A stretch of DNA of 64,000 nt from NCBI GenBank assembly GCA_017499595.2, contig CM039005.1, positions 496,001-560,000 of the forward strand, in the 5' to 3' direction. Positions 27,184 through 39,600 of this stretch are shown here, one piece after another. Under the pieces are notes generated by a model. That model saw only the letters and a program-made list of their open reading frames with translations, did not search any database and was not told where the DNA came from. Position numbers and translations under genes: made by a program. Positions within the stretch are counted from its first letter, which is position 1. Each line of letters starts with the position of its first letter. The stretch is from Psilocybe cubensis (taxonomy: Eukaryota).

Positions 27184-28520
27184 TTATTGATCGAAGTTGA
27201 AGAATTCGTTGAAAAGGGCCTCATGGTATTTTTCTAGGTCGCCGTGCTTATAACAATCATTGGGGAAAGAATTAGCCTGATCTTCCGCTTTCGAAGTGGA
27301 GGTTCCATTCCCTTCGGATATGCCTCCCAGAAGGTCTGTACAATTGGCATTGGGATCATCGAACGAGAACGCCGCGGAGGGGAAGTCGAATTGAGTATTC
27401 AAACTTGGAATGGAAGAAATATCAATAGCGTTGTCAATCGCCTCGTATGGTGTCGTATGTATGTGCGGAAGAGTGGGGAGAGAGTCAGCCATGAAATCGT
27501 GGCTGTAATCCTGATACGCAAATTGACCTGTTACGGGATCAAGATGGGGGTGGAAAGGCGGAGGAGGGTCTCTTTCAACCTCCATTTGATGATCCTATTC
27601 GACAGGTTAGCAAGTATAAACCGTATGATCTGTTGGTACATACATGTGGCTCCATCGAGGTACAGGGATTAGGTGCAGTGCTTTGCGCGACCGAGTTGTA
27701 GAGGCGAGACAGAGATGAGCATACGCCTTGCTCATCAGACAATACGTATTGCGCCCCATCAAATACATTTGCATTCTGATCATACGCAGCTTGTTCATCT
27801 GCCGCTTTCACGGGAAAGAAAGGGGGAGTGTGGACAGGGGACTCCGAGGGCGTAGTAGACGAAGATCCCGACGAACTAAAAGACAAAGGCGAACAATCGT
27901 CCAACTTCCTCCCACGCTTCGCCTTGGAAGTAGATTTCTTCGCCGCCGTTGCACTTTTTGTCCTCTCAACGCGCCCGGGATTATACCTATATCCCGGATT
28001 TTTCGCTTTATGCTCCATCTTCTGAATCTCAGCGGCCGCGCGATACGGCTCCTTCTCCTCCTTTGACATGCTATTCCACACTTTCCCTGCGCTCCTGCTG
28101 AGTTCATTTTGATGCTCGTCTTTGCCGAAATACGCGCTGCTGACGAATTTGGAGCGGAAGAGGATGAATGCGTTGCACGGGCGGGGGATGTGGCCTGGCT
28201 CACGACGACGAGCGTGGCTGGGCCGTTTTGTTCGTCCAGTCGCCGCTGTGCTATTTATATCATCAAAGAGCGAAGGCAGTGGCTGTGGATTATGGGCTCT
28301 ATGAGATGTATCCTCGAGTCCATTCGTCGACGGTGCTAAAGACAAAGGAAGAGAAATATCGGGCGCCTCGTTCTTGATGGTATGCCCTGCCGCTGCGGAG
28401 GCAAATAGGTTCAATATAATCGAAGCACATTTCATTGAGCGTACCGTCACTGATTGCCGGAATGTGATTTACAAGACGAGCAGAGTGTCGGATAGGCGCG
28501 ATATTGCGAAACGCAGGCAT
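27184..28520 (-). CDS. HMG-box transcription factor (SOX/MATA_HMG type)
   Basis: HIPRPCNAFILFRS...NELSRSAGKVWNSMSKEEKEPYRAAAEIQKMEHKAKNPGYRYNP; first exon MPAFRNIAPIRHSARL; a GTATGT...GCTAAC...TAG intron joins the acidic C-terminal exon (27184-27585 ORF). Confidence 0.9.
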
Positions 28521-29530
28521 CCTGGAGTACTACGCAAAATGTGGGAGGGAGAGAGATGGGTTGGTTGTGTTGATTATGGTCAACAGAGAGCATGAAAGGT
28601 CGCTTAATTTGTCCATTTTGAACGGTTCCGGGGGTGTAAACCTTTGAGATATCTGAGCGGCCTAAGATGTAGCGCAGGAATTTATACCTCATTATGAGAA
28701 CACTGTGGTTGCTGCGAGGCAGAACCCTTTGATATAATCACATTCGTTATCCTTTTTGAGCCAGACATCAGTGGTGGCGATTTAGCCGGAGGCAGCACTC
28801 TTTCAGCCACAGGAGCCGAATAAAAAAACCAAGTCATGCGTTATCGGAAAAGTCCCTCCCTCGCTTTCATGTAAAAAACTTTGATGGTCCAAATCTGGTA
28901 AAGCTGCAAGTCGACACTTTAAAGAATCAAAGGTAAGGCTGTGCGTAGGTGAAATGCATACCAGAGAGAGCGTCTGCATAGCCAGGCGAGTGTCAAAAAA
29001 CAAACGAAATGTCGTCGCGATCGGATTGTACCGGAACATAGACGACAAAGACGGTCTCTTGTTGGTGCCGATTGCCATAATCCTCGCCATTGCAGAGAAG
29101 TTATCCAAGGAAATTGTACAGCCAGATATGTTGTGAAGTCTGAGTTGGCAATTGTGGAAGAGCAGGCCATTCTCACCCACAGCTCCCATCATTGTATTGT
29201 TGATCTTTTGCACCTTTAAACAACATGCATAGCGAAGGGGCCAGCGAATTTGCGCCGTGCAATGTCACAACAAGGTGGAAGTTGGAACATAAACGTGCGA
29301 AGCCTTGGATGATACAGTGCTAGAAATCAAAGATTGGACACGCCGAAGATCATTCATTCATGGTCGATTGATTCAGATAGACGTTTCAGCGGGAGAAAGA
29401 AGAACTATAGCAACTGAGCGCAGGCAAACACGGAAGATAAACGAGGAGTAAGGGAGACCATGGATAGGAAAATCAGAAAATCGCTCGAGTGCGGATTCGC
29501 GGAAGGCAAGCCTAGGTGGGGCACTGGAAA

Positions 29531-29615
29531 ATGTCAGTGCAATGTCAGTGCGGTCAGTGCATGTCAGTGCATACCACAGTAATGTCAGTGCAATTTAAGT
29601 GCAATGTAAGTGCAT
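29531..29615. repeat. Degenerate tandem repeat of (AT)GTCAGTGCA-like 9-11 bp units
   Basis: ATGTCAGTGC AATGTCAGTGC GGTCAGTGC ATGTCAGTGC ... ATGTCAGTGC AATTTAAGTGC AATGTAAGTGC. Confidence 0.85.
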
Positions 29616-30748
29616 GTTTCCAATAATCTATATGTTGGTCAAGGTGTGTCAGTACATGCCTGCCAGTGTGCGTGCAGGGTTATGTTAGTGCATTGGTTAG
29701 TTCATCGTGACGGTGTGGTGGCAAAATTTGTACGTAATTGGGGCCGTGAGAAAGTTAACTTAGTGGAGGATTAAAGCATACGGTCTCGGAGTTTCTGGGT
29801 CAGGCATGGCTAAATAACAAGATATAGAAGTAGATATATATTCTCTACATTTTCGAGTAACAATCTGGTGTACTAAATCAAGCATAAATGTGGGAAAAAT
29901 GAATGAATTGTGTTGGAATCATTCGATAGGCGCCTCAGAGTATTCTTGTGTATAACTGATCCAACATGCTCGTTTGCCAATGATTTGGGAGCATCCTTGG
30001 CTGCAGGCGCAACAATGCTTGGGTATTGGCCTTGGGTTTGGGTGCGGATTTCTAGTAGGGATTTCGATGTCCCCATGTCACAGCTGAAAGGGCAAGGGAA
30101 TCACAAAGTCCCATTGGAGCCCCTAGTCAAGCGGGTATTGGGAACAGCTGATGGACCAGAGGGAATTCATACAGTCTACCTACTTACTATTGTGTTCTTT
30201 GTTGAAATAAAAGATAACATGATTAAGAGGTGAAAACAATGTCAGTGCATGTGAGTGCACCTTACGACACCTTCCGAGGCAGCGCGCGTCCCATTCGTGA
30301 GCTTCCCAGTACCCGATTTGCAGCCATCTGCCGACCCGAGCGTGCCGGCAGTAATTCGCTCAAGCGTGCTCTCATTTTCCCTGAGCGACTTTTTGTTGCA
30401 CAGAATGAGCTTTTGTCTGGTTACCAAGTGCGCATATTTGATTACTTGTAATACGAAATAATAGTGTATTCTATGTTTTGGTGTGTGGTTTTCATTGATA
30501 TCATTCCCATCAGCTGAACCTGCGCAAATTTGGGGTTTGTAGGCACTGTCGTTCTCAAGGTCTGAATAGTGTTGTGCAAATAAGAGGCAAATTCAGGCGC
30601 ATTTACTATCCAGGAGACAATCCAAAGCGGTCCGGATTCTGGGTGAAAACTGTAACAAATTCCATTTTTTTGTCATAGCATCACAAATTTAAAGAGTTTC
30701 CTCTGCATCAAACGACTAAAACCTTTCGCCTCAATGACTTGCCAGCCA

Positions 30749-31060
30749 CTACAGGAACAAGCAGCAACTCCAGCAGGGTCCATCCTTCTTAGCATTGAAT
30801 GTGAACAAATCCCCACCACATTTAAGTGGGGTAGGGGAACAATTCATTGTGCACAACATTGTGCGCTCGGGGTCAGGGACTTTGCAGCATCCCACGTTAG
30901 CCCAGCATCCAGGGCCGCCGGCGGGAGCCAAACCCGCAGGGCAGGTGGGCGGGGACGATCGACACTCCGCTGTGCAAATTCCGTTGGCTACAGAGGCACC
31001 AATGACAGTTGTGGTGGAAGCGCCGATAACAACCGTGGTGAAAATAGCTGAGTATTTCAT
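30749..31060 (-). CDS. Small secreted cysteine-rich protein (103 aa, 12 Cys in two 6-Cys repeats)
   Basis: Signal-peptide-like MKYSAIFTTVVIGASTTTVIGASVA, then ICTAECRSSPPTC...GCWANVGCC and LCTMNCSPTPLKC...PCWSCC; intronless. Confidence 0.8.
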   Translation of the reverse strand: MKYSAIFTTVVIGASTTTVIGASVANGICTAECRSSPPTCPAGLAPAGGPGCWANVGCCKVPDPERTMLCTMNCSPTPLKCGGDLFTFNAKKDGPCWSCCLFL

Positions 31061-32705
31061 TGCTGCTTTTGAAATATCGATTTTCAACAATCTGTGGTAA
31101 GAGGGTCAGCGTAAGCATCGTGTTAAAGATGGAGTAAGGTGTGCTCACCGAAGTCGGTAGTACTTGAGGTAAGGACTGGGGTATGCACTTACAATCTCTC
31201 CGGATTTTATACGAGATGAAGCGAGATGGTATCTCTATCATTGTGCGCTATTTTCTTTAGTTTTTCTTAGTTGCTGTAGGCATGACTGAAATTAACCGTT
31301 CACTGCGACTAATCTAGGGCCCCGTGGATTCTAAAGAATGGTGCTGGGTTCTAATGATGTCAAGCAACAGTTTTCAGTGTTCGTTGGTTGACCACACACA
31401 GTGAAGTACACAGTGAGTGTTCTTAAAATACAAAGAATGTCCTAGTTGACCTGAAATATCCGGTTTAGCTCTGTAGAACCTCTAGGTTAGCCATCTATCG
31501 TCCGTGCAAGATATATTTGGATGTCCTCTTCGACGTCGGTGGCTTGCACCTCCGACGTTTACTTGTTTGGATATGGCCGATAGATTATACGAATGGCAGT
31601 CAAACGGCTAGATGCCGCATTCTGCTGGCTCCAACTTCAAGTGTGTACCTTCTCGATTGTACATCTGGTCTGCTTCTATGTTTACTCTGTTTCAGAAGAG
31701 TAATCTTCTGCTCCAAATACCAAGTTATCGCCCATAGCTCTCATTCTTTCCATTCCCGCCAAATGTCCGCTGTTGGCTCTTATTCAAGATCTCTTGTTCC
31801 CCCGCAATTTGTAGCTTACTAGTGTAAGACCCAATGGGTGAGCCTCACTTTAAGGTTCTTCTGGGAAAATGGTACTTTTTCTTTCCACGCTCAGGCCTCT
31901 TCATTCATCCAATCTATTAGGGAACCTTACTTACCTCAAAAGACTCTCACCTCAAGTTTGGAATTGGAAATGTTCGTGCTTCAATTTTCTTCCCAAAATT
32001 TCCAATTGGGAATTTACTCGACTTGCTGTCATCTCACCCATGGCGTTCGCGGAATGGGAGAAGAAGTATAACAATGCATCGTCGTCTAGTCTGGGTGCGC
32101 TAGACGAAGAGGAAGAGGAAGAGGGAAAACAGGAAAAGAAAGAAGGAGATATTGTTCGCGTTGGGTTGGATTGGATTCGAGTCGACTCGGACTGGACTCC
32201 GGCGTGGACTTCGACTTGGATGTGGACTTTGCGAGGAACCGTGCGACGTGCAACGGACAACGGGCAATGAGGGGCGTTCTGTGCAGCAGCTTGGGTGTCG
32301 GTCACCAATCGTCGATCCTCGTTCATCGATCATTGTGTATCGTGAAATGGTCTACGAGAACCCACTAAATCCCGAATAACTCGAAAACTTTGTATTGCCA
32401 TTGGTATTCAATGGAGGCGTTCGTGCGGATTCACGAAAGGCAAGCCAGTTGTAAAAGGTGGCTGACTCAGCCGGTGGGATCGCGTCAAAATTAGTCAGCC
32501 AGTAGAGGGCTATTAATAGGTCTGTTCCTACCACTGCCACAGTGCCAGTGGGTGGAAATGGGTCTCTTTTGCAGTGTCAGTGTAGTGCATCCTGGTATGA
32601 CTTTTGTTGGGATATCAATTCTGCGCTGTTAATAAGGCATTAGGCTACTTTTGTTTGCATGGAGGACATATTAGATATCTACTGCAGCGCCATCATAGAG
32701 AACCC

Positions 32706-32754
32706 GGCGCCAAGTTGACGCTCGGTAGGGTCTACCGAGCGTCAACTTGGCGCC
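32706..32754. repeat. Perfect 23-bp inverted repeat with a 3-nt loop
   Basis: GGCGCCAAGTTGACGCTCGGTAG-GGT-CTACCGAGCGTCAACTTGGCGCC. Confidence 0.97.
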
Positions 32755-32889
32755 CGCCGGAGCGCCTGCGAGGGTAGAGTTTGTAAGCAAGACGCTAAGA
32801 ATTGTTGACATGTAGCACTGGTCAAATGTTCGTCTTTTTATAAGCGCGCGTCTGCGTCTGTTAATATTGTTATCTCGCTTTAACTACTA

Positions 32890-33588
32890 CTAGTATAGTT
32901 CGGACATGGGTGGCGATATATCTCTTATCGTGTAAAAAACACCATAATCCGTCGATTGAGTATGCGACGATGCAATGGAACAAGGCTCAGAGGTTGTAGA
33001 TCCTATAGAGTTTGAAAGCCGTGGGGGATAGGATATAACGTCCCTTTCCTCGGATACCAGCGCGCAAAGAGATGAGGAATCATTAAAATGACTATCTTTC
33101 AATGTTGAGACTGTAGGCTGATCTATGTCCTGTAAAATGATCCTGGAGGACCGGTTGCGAAGAGCTCTTAAGCACTTCCGCCATTGTCGGCTGAGCCGCT
33201 GAAACATGGCTTTCGCTGATTCGATTTTTGATTCAATTCTGATCAATGCACTGTTGTAAACACAGGATGTTTAAGCCCTTAGAAGGTCAGGCTTGGATGT
33301 CTCTTCTTTTGGAACTCACCTTTGACGATTGAATTTTTCAGTTGCTTGGATTATTGTTCTAGACAATTTGCTTTTGCCTCTCAAAACGTTTTGGTCTTCG
33401 TCAAGGATTCCGGGGGAGGGGTGGGTATTATTTGGGACGGGCGTTTTTCTCTTCATCTGGTCGAGTCTGACATATTTAGGTAGTTTGGGTTGAGGTTTCG
33501 TGGAGGAGGGAGGGGGGATTGTAAGATATAACGATGCAGCGTGTATATCCTTTTTCCAAAATTTTGCTTGAAAGTTCTGAAGAGGCAT
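32890..33588 (-). CDS. Hypothetical protein (2 exons)
   Basis: ORF 33316-33588 ends at a GTGAGT donor; splicing to ACAACAG restores the frame into ORF 32890-33246 (..KFNRQS-ALIRIESK..); no recognisable domain. Confidence 0.45.
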
Positions 33589-34345
33589 GATCGTCTTGTG
33601 TGTTATTCAGCAATAGAGCGCATTGACTAAACAATGATGATATTACCAGAATTGTAGATTTTTCACGAAACAGTGTGGTCGATCAGTGAATACGCGACAT
33701 CATGACAATGTTCAGGGCAGTGTAGAAAACTATAAGACGAGCAGGCTGGCACTCTTTAAAGCACACAATAGGTACAACAAAAATAAATCTCAAAGCTGTG
33801 TTAAACGCATGTACGGTAAATGGATGCTGTACGATGTTTACCCCACATTTTCCAGAACACTCGGCAGGAATCTTCATTCCGAACTTTGCTGTATTGTAAA
33901 CCTTCGAGACAGGAAAAGATAAACCTGGCACAGGAAGGACTCATAAGGTTGTATTAGACCGGTGTCAGAATCATATGGAGGCAGGAAAGACATCCAATTC
34001 ATCTGCTCTCTCCGATATATGGTTGGTCATGATGGTGTAGTAATACGTGCTTCGAAGCAGTTGGTGCATCAGGGGAGGAGGGCGGGGTGTTCCATCAGAG
34101 TCCCTCATAAAAGTTTACCGCGACTCATTCATCTGGAATTGACTGGCAATAGACAAGATCATAAAAGTTTCCCGAAACGACTTACACCGACGACCTGATA
34201 TTGCAAAGAGTTCCATAGTTGGAAGGTTTCAAGTGACTTGGTAGCATGTTTGTCCTGAACTCAATTCAGGTCTATACCCCATATCAACGTATGAATGCAT
34301 TCAAAGGTATCATGTATCCAGGATAGGGAGGAAGACATATGAAAA

Positions 34346-36305
34346 TCATGATTGTTCCTCCTCAGCTTCATCTTCTCCGGCTCCGAGAGTCATTTCATCG
34401 AAGCCCTCCAACAGCTCATCTAGTTTCACATCAGGGAAATCGGGTTCCTCTTCGTCGTCGTCCTCTTCAGTAGTGTTCGCTGGAATAACTTCCGCTGGAG
34501 CCTCATCAACGTCCATCGCGAACTGCGCCCTCTTCCTCGGCTTGCGTTCACCCTCAGGCGCAGACATCGTGACTTCAGGCGCCTTATACAAGTTGATACC
34601 CGACCGGAGCTCGGGGTCTTCCTCTAAATCTCGCAGGAAGATCTCGTAGTCCTGCTCGACCTTCTTGAGGTCGCGGCCACCCATGCGACCGATGGCACCG
34701 CGAGCATTGCTCGTCTCGCCCTCCTCGCCCGCTTCCTTCGCGATACTGCGCAGCTTCCAGTTCCTGACCTTGCTCTTCTTCCGCCTGTTCGGGTACGTCT
34801 TCTTCACGAGAATAATGTCCGGAATCCGTGACACAGGCAAGGAAGCAAAGTTATCGGAGTTGAAGTTGGCATTGGTGAGGAAGTAGCCTAGCGCGGTGTC
34901 TCCTGGCTGAAGGATCGCGCCGAGATGTGTGCGCGTGTGGAAGACCTGTGTTGTCAGACCAGAGGATTCAAAGTCCATGCTATCCTCATCATCAGCCTGT
35001 TTTCCAGAGGAATGGAACGCGCCTGCAAGGGCGACTTGTGCGTCTGCCATGAGGAATTTACCCTTTTGGCGAGAGTGATCGGGGTCGATGTCAAGGATGG
35101 TGAATTCTTTGAGGTCGGTAACAGAGGCTAAAGAGTCAAAAGGTGCTCTCCAGTATATCTGGGAAGGGATCTCGCATGTTTGGAGGGTTTGTGGGTCTAG
35201 GAGTTGTAAAGAGTTCCCAACGCGGATGCAGACAGTCAAAGGATTGATGTTACTGAATGTCCGTGCCTGCTTCAGAGGCATGCAGACAAGGTCGTCTTTG
35301 CATATAGGAACGATCTCGACAGAGTAGGTATATTTGAAGTTTGCGGTACTGCTGTGAACGTCTGAGGATAGCAGTTGCTCAGATGCTTTTGATCTAATTG
35401 CGTTGAGGCACAATTGAGACACGGCAACAACAAAAATTGTGAGACACAGACATACTTGATAGGTGCTACACTGGCCAAAAATTCAACCATCTTCAGTGCA
35501 TGGCTTTTGGAGCTGTAGAAAAAGTCCAGTCCATCCCTGACCTCCTTGATCGAAATGGTATCTTTTTGTGCGTTGTGCTTAAGAATGAGTTGTTCTAGGT
35601 AGAGGAAAGTACGCTTGTGGGGAACCTTTTGTCGTACTTGCACGAGTGCCTTCCATGTGTTTTTGGCCGCAAGCTTAGCACAGTCGGGGCACTGGCCATG
35701 CTGTACTAGATATTCGATTTCGAATGTTTGCTCAAGGATGGTATTCGTCAATACCTGCCGGAAGTTAGAACCATTTCGTTCGATAGAAATGCATTGCACA
35801 CCTCTTTTTGTACCGTCATAGATACTCGTAGTCGCTTCGAGTGAGGTTCTGTCCAGATGAAGTGTGCCTCCGTTAACCGTACTTTGTTCAATCCCTTCAA
35901 CTTTTTAAGACAGATCGAGAGAAGTTCTGCAGATTCCGGTTTTGCAAGTGTCCATGATGAAGGTGGAGCCAAGAATCGTTCGCAGTTTCGACAGAAAGAT
36001 ACAGCAGCTAAAAGATTTCATTCAACAGGATTGTTGGGTGATTACTGAAAATCGTACGCACCTTGTTTAGGGATTCCTTCCGTAATATCGACACTAGAAA
36101 AATTCAGAACATGAATGATGCAGAAACTCAGATGACACACGTATTCCTCAGGCAAGAAACGCAGAGATTGGCAGAATTTGGCACGATGGGTGTTCCTAAA
36201 GATGGAGATCAGCTCATGAACATTTTCGTTTTGAGATCAAAGAAAGATCGTACCGCAATCAGCACACAGCACACGATGCACAGCAGGGCCTGCCACAAAT
36301 TCCAT
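34346..36305 (-). CDS. NMD3: 60S ribosomal export adaptor Nmd3
   Basis: MEFV...VLCADCG|TPIVPNSANLCVSCL, VDITEGIPKQ, FCRNCERFL, AHFIWTEPHSKRL, QCPDCAK...TWKALVQVRQKVPHKRTFLYLEQLILKH, YSVEIVPICKDDLVC, RTHLGAILQPGD. Confidence 0.97.
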
Positions 36306-36608
36306 GGCAGTACAGACGGAAAGCAACTATGGTTTTGTAAAAGTAAAAAAGAGCTATATAAGCCTGCGATTTAGTCAGCTACAAAAGCTGCAAAAGCGGC
36401 ACCGAGGAGGAAAGATGAAAAATCTGAGTCACGTGAAGCAGCTATATCTAAATGTCGAATTATCTTATCTGATAGCTGGACTTTGAATGCAATTGGTTGA
36501 CGTGTCGAGGTCGCGCCTGTCATTGCCCAAAAGATTCCGTCCCCCATCTTTAAATATTTCGACCACGTTGACCCTATGCACTAAAGCTACTGACTAGAGG
36601 AGACCACC

Positions 36609-39600
36609 ATGAAACGAGTCTTTGCCTTGCTTGGAGCGGCTATCCCCGTTCTCCAGGTGGTTGGGAGCCCGCCTGTTAAAGTCGGACTGAGGTCATCGTG
36701 GCCTGCCCCGCCATTTCTAGCAGAGATTCTGTGAGTCGTAAAAACACATTCCCAGATCAGCGTTAATGTCTGCTAACGCACTGTGCAGAGAGACAGTATC
36801 ATTAGAGAACCCAGATGCATTCTTTACATATTTGGACCGTCTCACCGACCCCGAATTATTGCGGTTACCCAATAGCCTGAAACCTGAGGCCATTCATCAA
36901 GCTGCACTCCAGATAGCCATTGACAATGGAATTCTGCACGAGGAAGGCTCCCTGTCGCTAGTTGAAATGAATCTAGCCATGCACGCTGCGACACCGAAGC
37001 TGGAGGCTTTCTATAACTACTATGCTGACAACCACAATCGCAGTCCCGGAACACAGTGCGGGTCATGGGTAGACTGGTATGGCGAGGTTATATGCGATGT
37101 TGAGACCTTGGCGCAACTTGCTGGAGTTGAAGCTATTGATCCTCCTCGAGATCCCAAGACAGACACGTAAGTCATTTCGCTCTCTGATTCAAGGTTGCTC
37201 ATTTCATATATGTTTATACAAAAGGTTCCAACCTAAACCCAAAATTCTCACTTTTGATCATATCTACCCTCCTCCAGATCTTATTCTAGAGAGGCCTCCT
37301 CGGACTGCCATTTTGTACGCGTCATTAACCTCACCCAACTTCCGTGAGCTGCACACATACCTATTGAAGCTAACAAATCGACTGGACCCTCATGTGGAAT
37401 ACGTATTCCGACATATACCCCCCACTTCTCAGTCAGAGGAGAAGACGTACTTATCAGGGTATGGTGTAGGACTTGACTTGAAGAAGATGGACTACCTTGC
37501 GCTTGATGATCGAACCAATTCAGCAGGTAAGAGTCGCTGGTCAAGAGAAGTCTCTCCAACTCACGCGTTATCTTCTAGCAAGCAATGCAGAGTCAAAATC
37601 TGACATCAGCAGCGATACTCAAAGAGTGGACCCTGTGATGCCTCTGATTTTGGCGCACCCTGAAAACGTCACCGCTCCTGGCGCGGACGTTCCATTGTCA
37701 GAGGAAGAACTTGAAGGCATGCATCATGATTTCTTCGGAAATGGATTGTTCTCACATATGATACACAGGCCTTGGCGCAAAAGCAGCCCAAATTATCTCA
37801 GAATCCCTCGACCCGCTCGAAACTCTCACTCACCTCTCCCAAAACTTTCCAAAATATGCCACTTCTCTAGCTCGCAGGGTAGTTGTGAACGAGAGCATTG
37901 CTGAAGAACTGCACAACAATTCTCTCAAAGCTCAGCGCGGCATCAACGCTCTTTGGTTTAATGGTTTGCAAATAGAACCAAAAGATGTCAATCCATTTGG
38001 TCTCATCCGGACTGTCAGGAAGGAGAGGAACGTCATGAAATCCCTGACCTCGTTAGGTCTCGAGCGATCAGAGGCGTTGCAGTTGCTAACTCATTCAGCC
38101 ATTGCTATAGCACAAAAGGACAGCGCTTCAATGGAAGCCATCTTCGATGCGAGCGATCGACCTGAAGGAGGTGATGTCATTGTCTGGTGGAACGACATGG
38201 AAAAAGACAGCCGGTATGTACTTGGTCCCGCCTTCAATATCTGCCGCCTGATGTCCAGTCCTTGCATCGTAGATACGCAAAATGGAACCCATCACTCTAT
38301 GCAGTATGTATTGCGATTTATTGTTTTAATAGTATCTTACAAGTACACTAGCTCCTCCGTCCCATGTACCCCGGTTCTCTGCCCAGTATCAAAGCCAACT
38401 TGTTCAACATTGTTCTGATCCTCGACCTATCTCAAACAACGAGCCTGAATTTCCTCGCTGGTGGCGTCACCAATATCATCAACCGCGATATTCCTTTAAG
38501 ATTCGGCCTAGTTCCTTTGGTTGAGACTGAAGACGGTGAGTCAACCATGTGTACAATTATATACTTTCTGCTAAGTTTATGTTTAGGAAAGAAGATGGCT
38601 AGGCTTTTCTATCATCTCGTTAAGAATTACGGACGTAGAAAGACCCTCCAATTCATACACTCGGTAAGCACCCGGTTCAACACAACTTTTCATTTATAGG
38701 CTGACAAAATCGCAGATATCGCAAATTCGACTGCCAGCTCACCTCCAGACAGCCGATCTTGATTGGACGACTGTCGGCGCCGCTTACGACGAACTAGTAG
38801 CGCGCGAGCATGAAGAGAACCCTGACGTCGTAACCCCATCTCTGGATGCAATTTTCAACGGCGAGGTGGATGTTGACGATTCACGCCTCGATAAAATTAA
38901 TGCGTATTCCGAACGTTTGGCATCAACTTTAGCCTCATCAGAAACTGGACATGCATTCTTCAATGGGAAGCACTTCGATGTAAATGAGGTACGAAATCAT
39001 CAGAATAGTATCCTTTTCCCATAATTATCTCATTTCATTGAAGAACTTTATGCGCCAACTTCAAGGCGAAGTTGCGATGCAAATGGCATACCTTCAGGAG
39101 AAGGTTCGATTGCAAAATCTTATCCCTTTTGTCCCATACTGAAGTATTTATATATATAGGTGTATGCAGGTGTCTTGGCTGACGACGCTGAACGCGAAAC
39201 AATGAGCAACTACTTCTACGACCTTCCGACTACCAGCAAGCGGCGTAACAAGTACATTTACCCTGCGGCGGGGTCGAAGTCTGTTCATATTGTTAACCTC
39301 CCTGAGGTATTTGCAAAGTCGCGTTTCCGGCTTTCTTCATCGGCGTATCTTTATCCTCGTAAGTGGACCTTGTTCCTCCATTTTGAATGTATATTTATCG
39401 CTTTTTGTTTCTTTTATTCTAGCCGCCGATGCCCAGTCTATCTCTGAAAGTCTTTACGTTGTTGCTGATTTCGACACGGAGGACGGTCTCGCCCTGGTGA
39501 AAGATGCTGTATCGTCTTTGGTCTGTCTTATACTCCATTTTCTATGCGAACTTTCTATCTGACCAAACGTTTGTAGAACGAGGAAAGCAAAACTCGAATC

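Noticed and set aside
27184-28520. Mating-type locus interpretation of the HMG gene
   Set aside because: Agaricomycete mating type uses homeodomain and pheromone/receptor genes, and none are seen in this window
30749-30763. C-terminal CLFL as a CaaX box (pheromone precursor)
   Set aside because: The Cys belongs to the repeated CC motif, and the protein has a signal-peptide-like leader, unlike lipopeptide pheromone precursors
31517-32379. Overlapping short ORFs including an EEEEEE tract
   Set aside because: No coherent exon structure or recognisable domain; the acidic run derives from a GAA/GAG repeat
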